The position numbers and the translations under genes are program-made. From assembly GCA_002104905.1 (NCBI GenBank), contig MCFE01000300.1:36523-100522 (forward strand): a DNA stretch of 64,000 nt, read 5' to 3'. The DNA is from Basidiobolus meristosporus CBS 931.73. Its lineage: Eukaryota > Fungi > Basidiobolomycota. Shown one piece after another: positions 63,355 through 64,000 of this stretch. The notes beneath the pieces were generated by a model. That model had not been told where the DNA came from and ran no database searches. It saw only the letters and a list, made by a program, of their open reading frames with translations. Within the stretch, counting starts at the first letter, position 1. Each line of letters begins with the position of its first letter.

Positions 63355-64000
63355 CTGAGTGGGAGTGTTGTAAAAATTTGTAATTCCACCTAAATATTCA
63401 CCTAACTTAGTCACTTAGATCATCACCTTCAAATCCTAGAGAATACTGACCAAATTCCTTGTTGGGATTTACTTAGAATATTTACCCAGAACATGAAAAT
63501 TAGATAAGTTGTCCAAACAGCCCCAAACTTTGCACACATGTTCTTGGGACCTTCCTTAACCTATTCTACGTGTTTGTAATGCCAAGACCAGGTAAAAGTA
63601 TAAATACTACTTTTACATTCAATAAACCATTAAGTGAAAACCACATAATCTACTTGTTCTCCCAATCACTTCCAATATCTCCAAGACTCTTACAACATTT
63701 CCAACATACAGCCACTTAAAATGGATGATCAGTATTGTTGGACATGAACCACAAAAGCATCACTCATCAAACCCTTCAGTAATTTTCCAAGTGGGAGACC
63801 AGGGAACAGGATTCACCCAAGACACAAAGAACATCAATACCAATGGATCATTTATTACATGAATTGAAGATCTCCTTTCATATGATTTAAGTAATTTGCT
63901 TGAAGTTTTCTATGCTTCCTGATGGTGAAAGAATGCTTTTATAATAAGTGTGAAGTGAGAAAGATATAGTAGGTGATATATAGTTTATGCGCTACTCTTC

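Larger units (their letters stand above)
58693..63697 (+). mobile_element. Full-length, youngest Ty1/copia element (family A, half-tRNAiMet primed), TSD TTTCC
   Basis: 332-bp LTRs at 58693-59024 and 63366-63697, TG...CA, about 8 differences. TTTCC at 58688-92 and 63698-702. PBS 59025-59040; PPT 63357-63365. Confidence 0.98.

Overview
The window is eukaryotic, probably fungal, and consists almost entirely of nested transposable elements. I could not support any host gene, RNA gene or CRISPR array. It holds at least three Ty1/copia families with an anticodon-arm (half-tRNAiMet) PBS. The youngest copy is full-length at 58693-63697 (TSD TTTCC) and carries an antisense solo LTR of its own family. 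It also holds a Ty3/gypsy family (composite element at 33238-38200 plus several LTRs), a CACTA/EnSpm-type family (39023-43890 plus fragments) and CCCTR-ended MITEs with 3-bp TSDs. A PHIS/Harbinger-like family has a DDE_Tnp_4 transposase, a divergent Myb/SANT-like ORF, AGACTTG termini and ANT TSDs. Its derivatives are a 211-bp MITE and a 735-bp foldback hairpin. CpG is strongly depleted and CpG decay gives relative ages. The most notable observation is an LTR family (about 0.8-1.1 kb) whose four insertions all appear to sit on a 4-bp target centred on CpG: two observed GCGG sites, one GCGC flank seen on one side only, and one reconstructed CCGT. Other observations are a nonsense codon shared by two independently integrated copia copies, an apparent gene-conversion tract between inverted copia copies, and repeated antisense self-insertion. 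All alignments, identities and counts were done by eye; no database searches were run.
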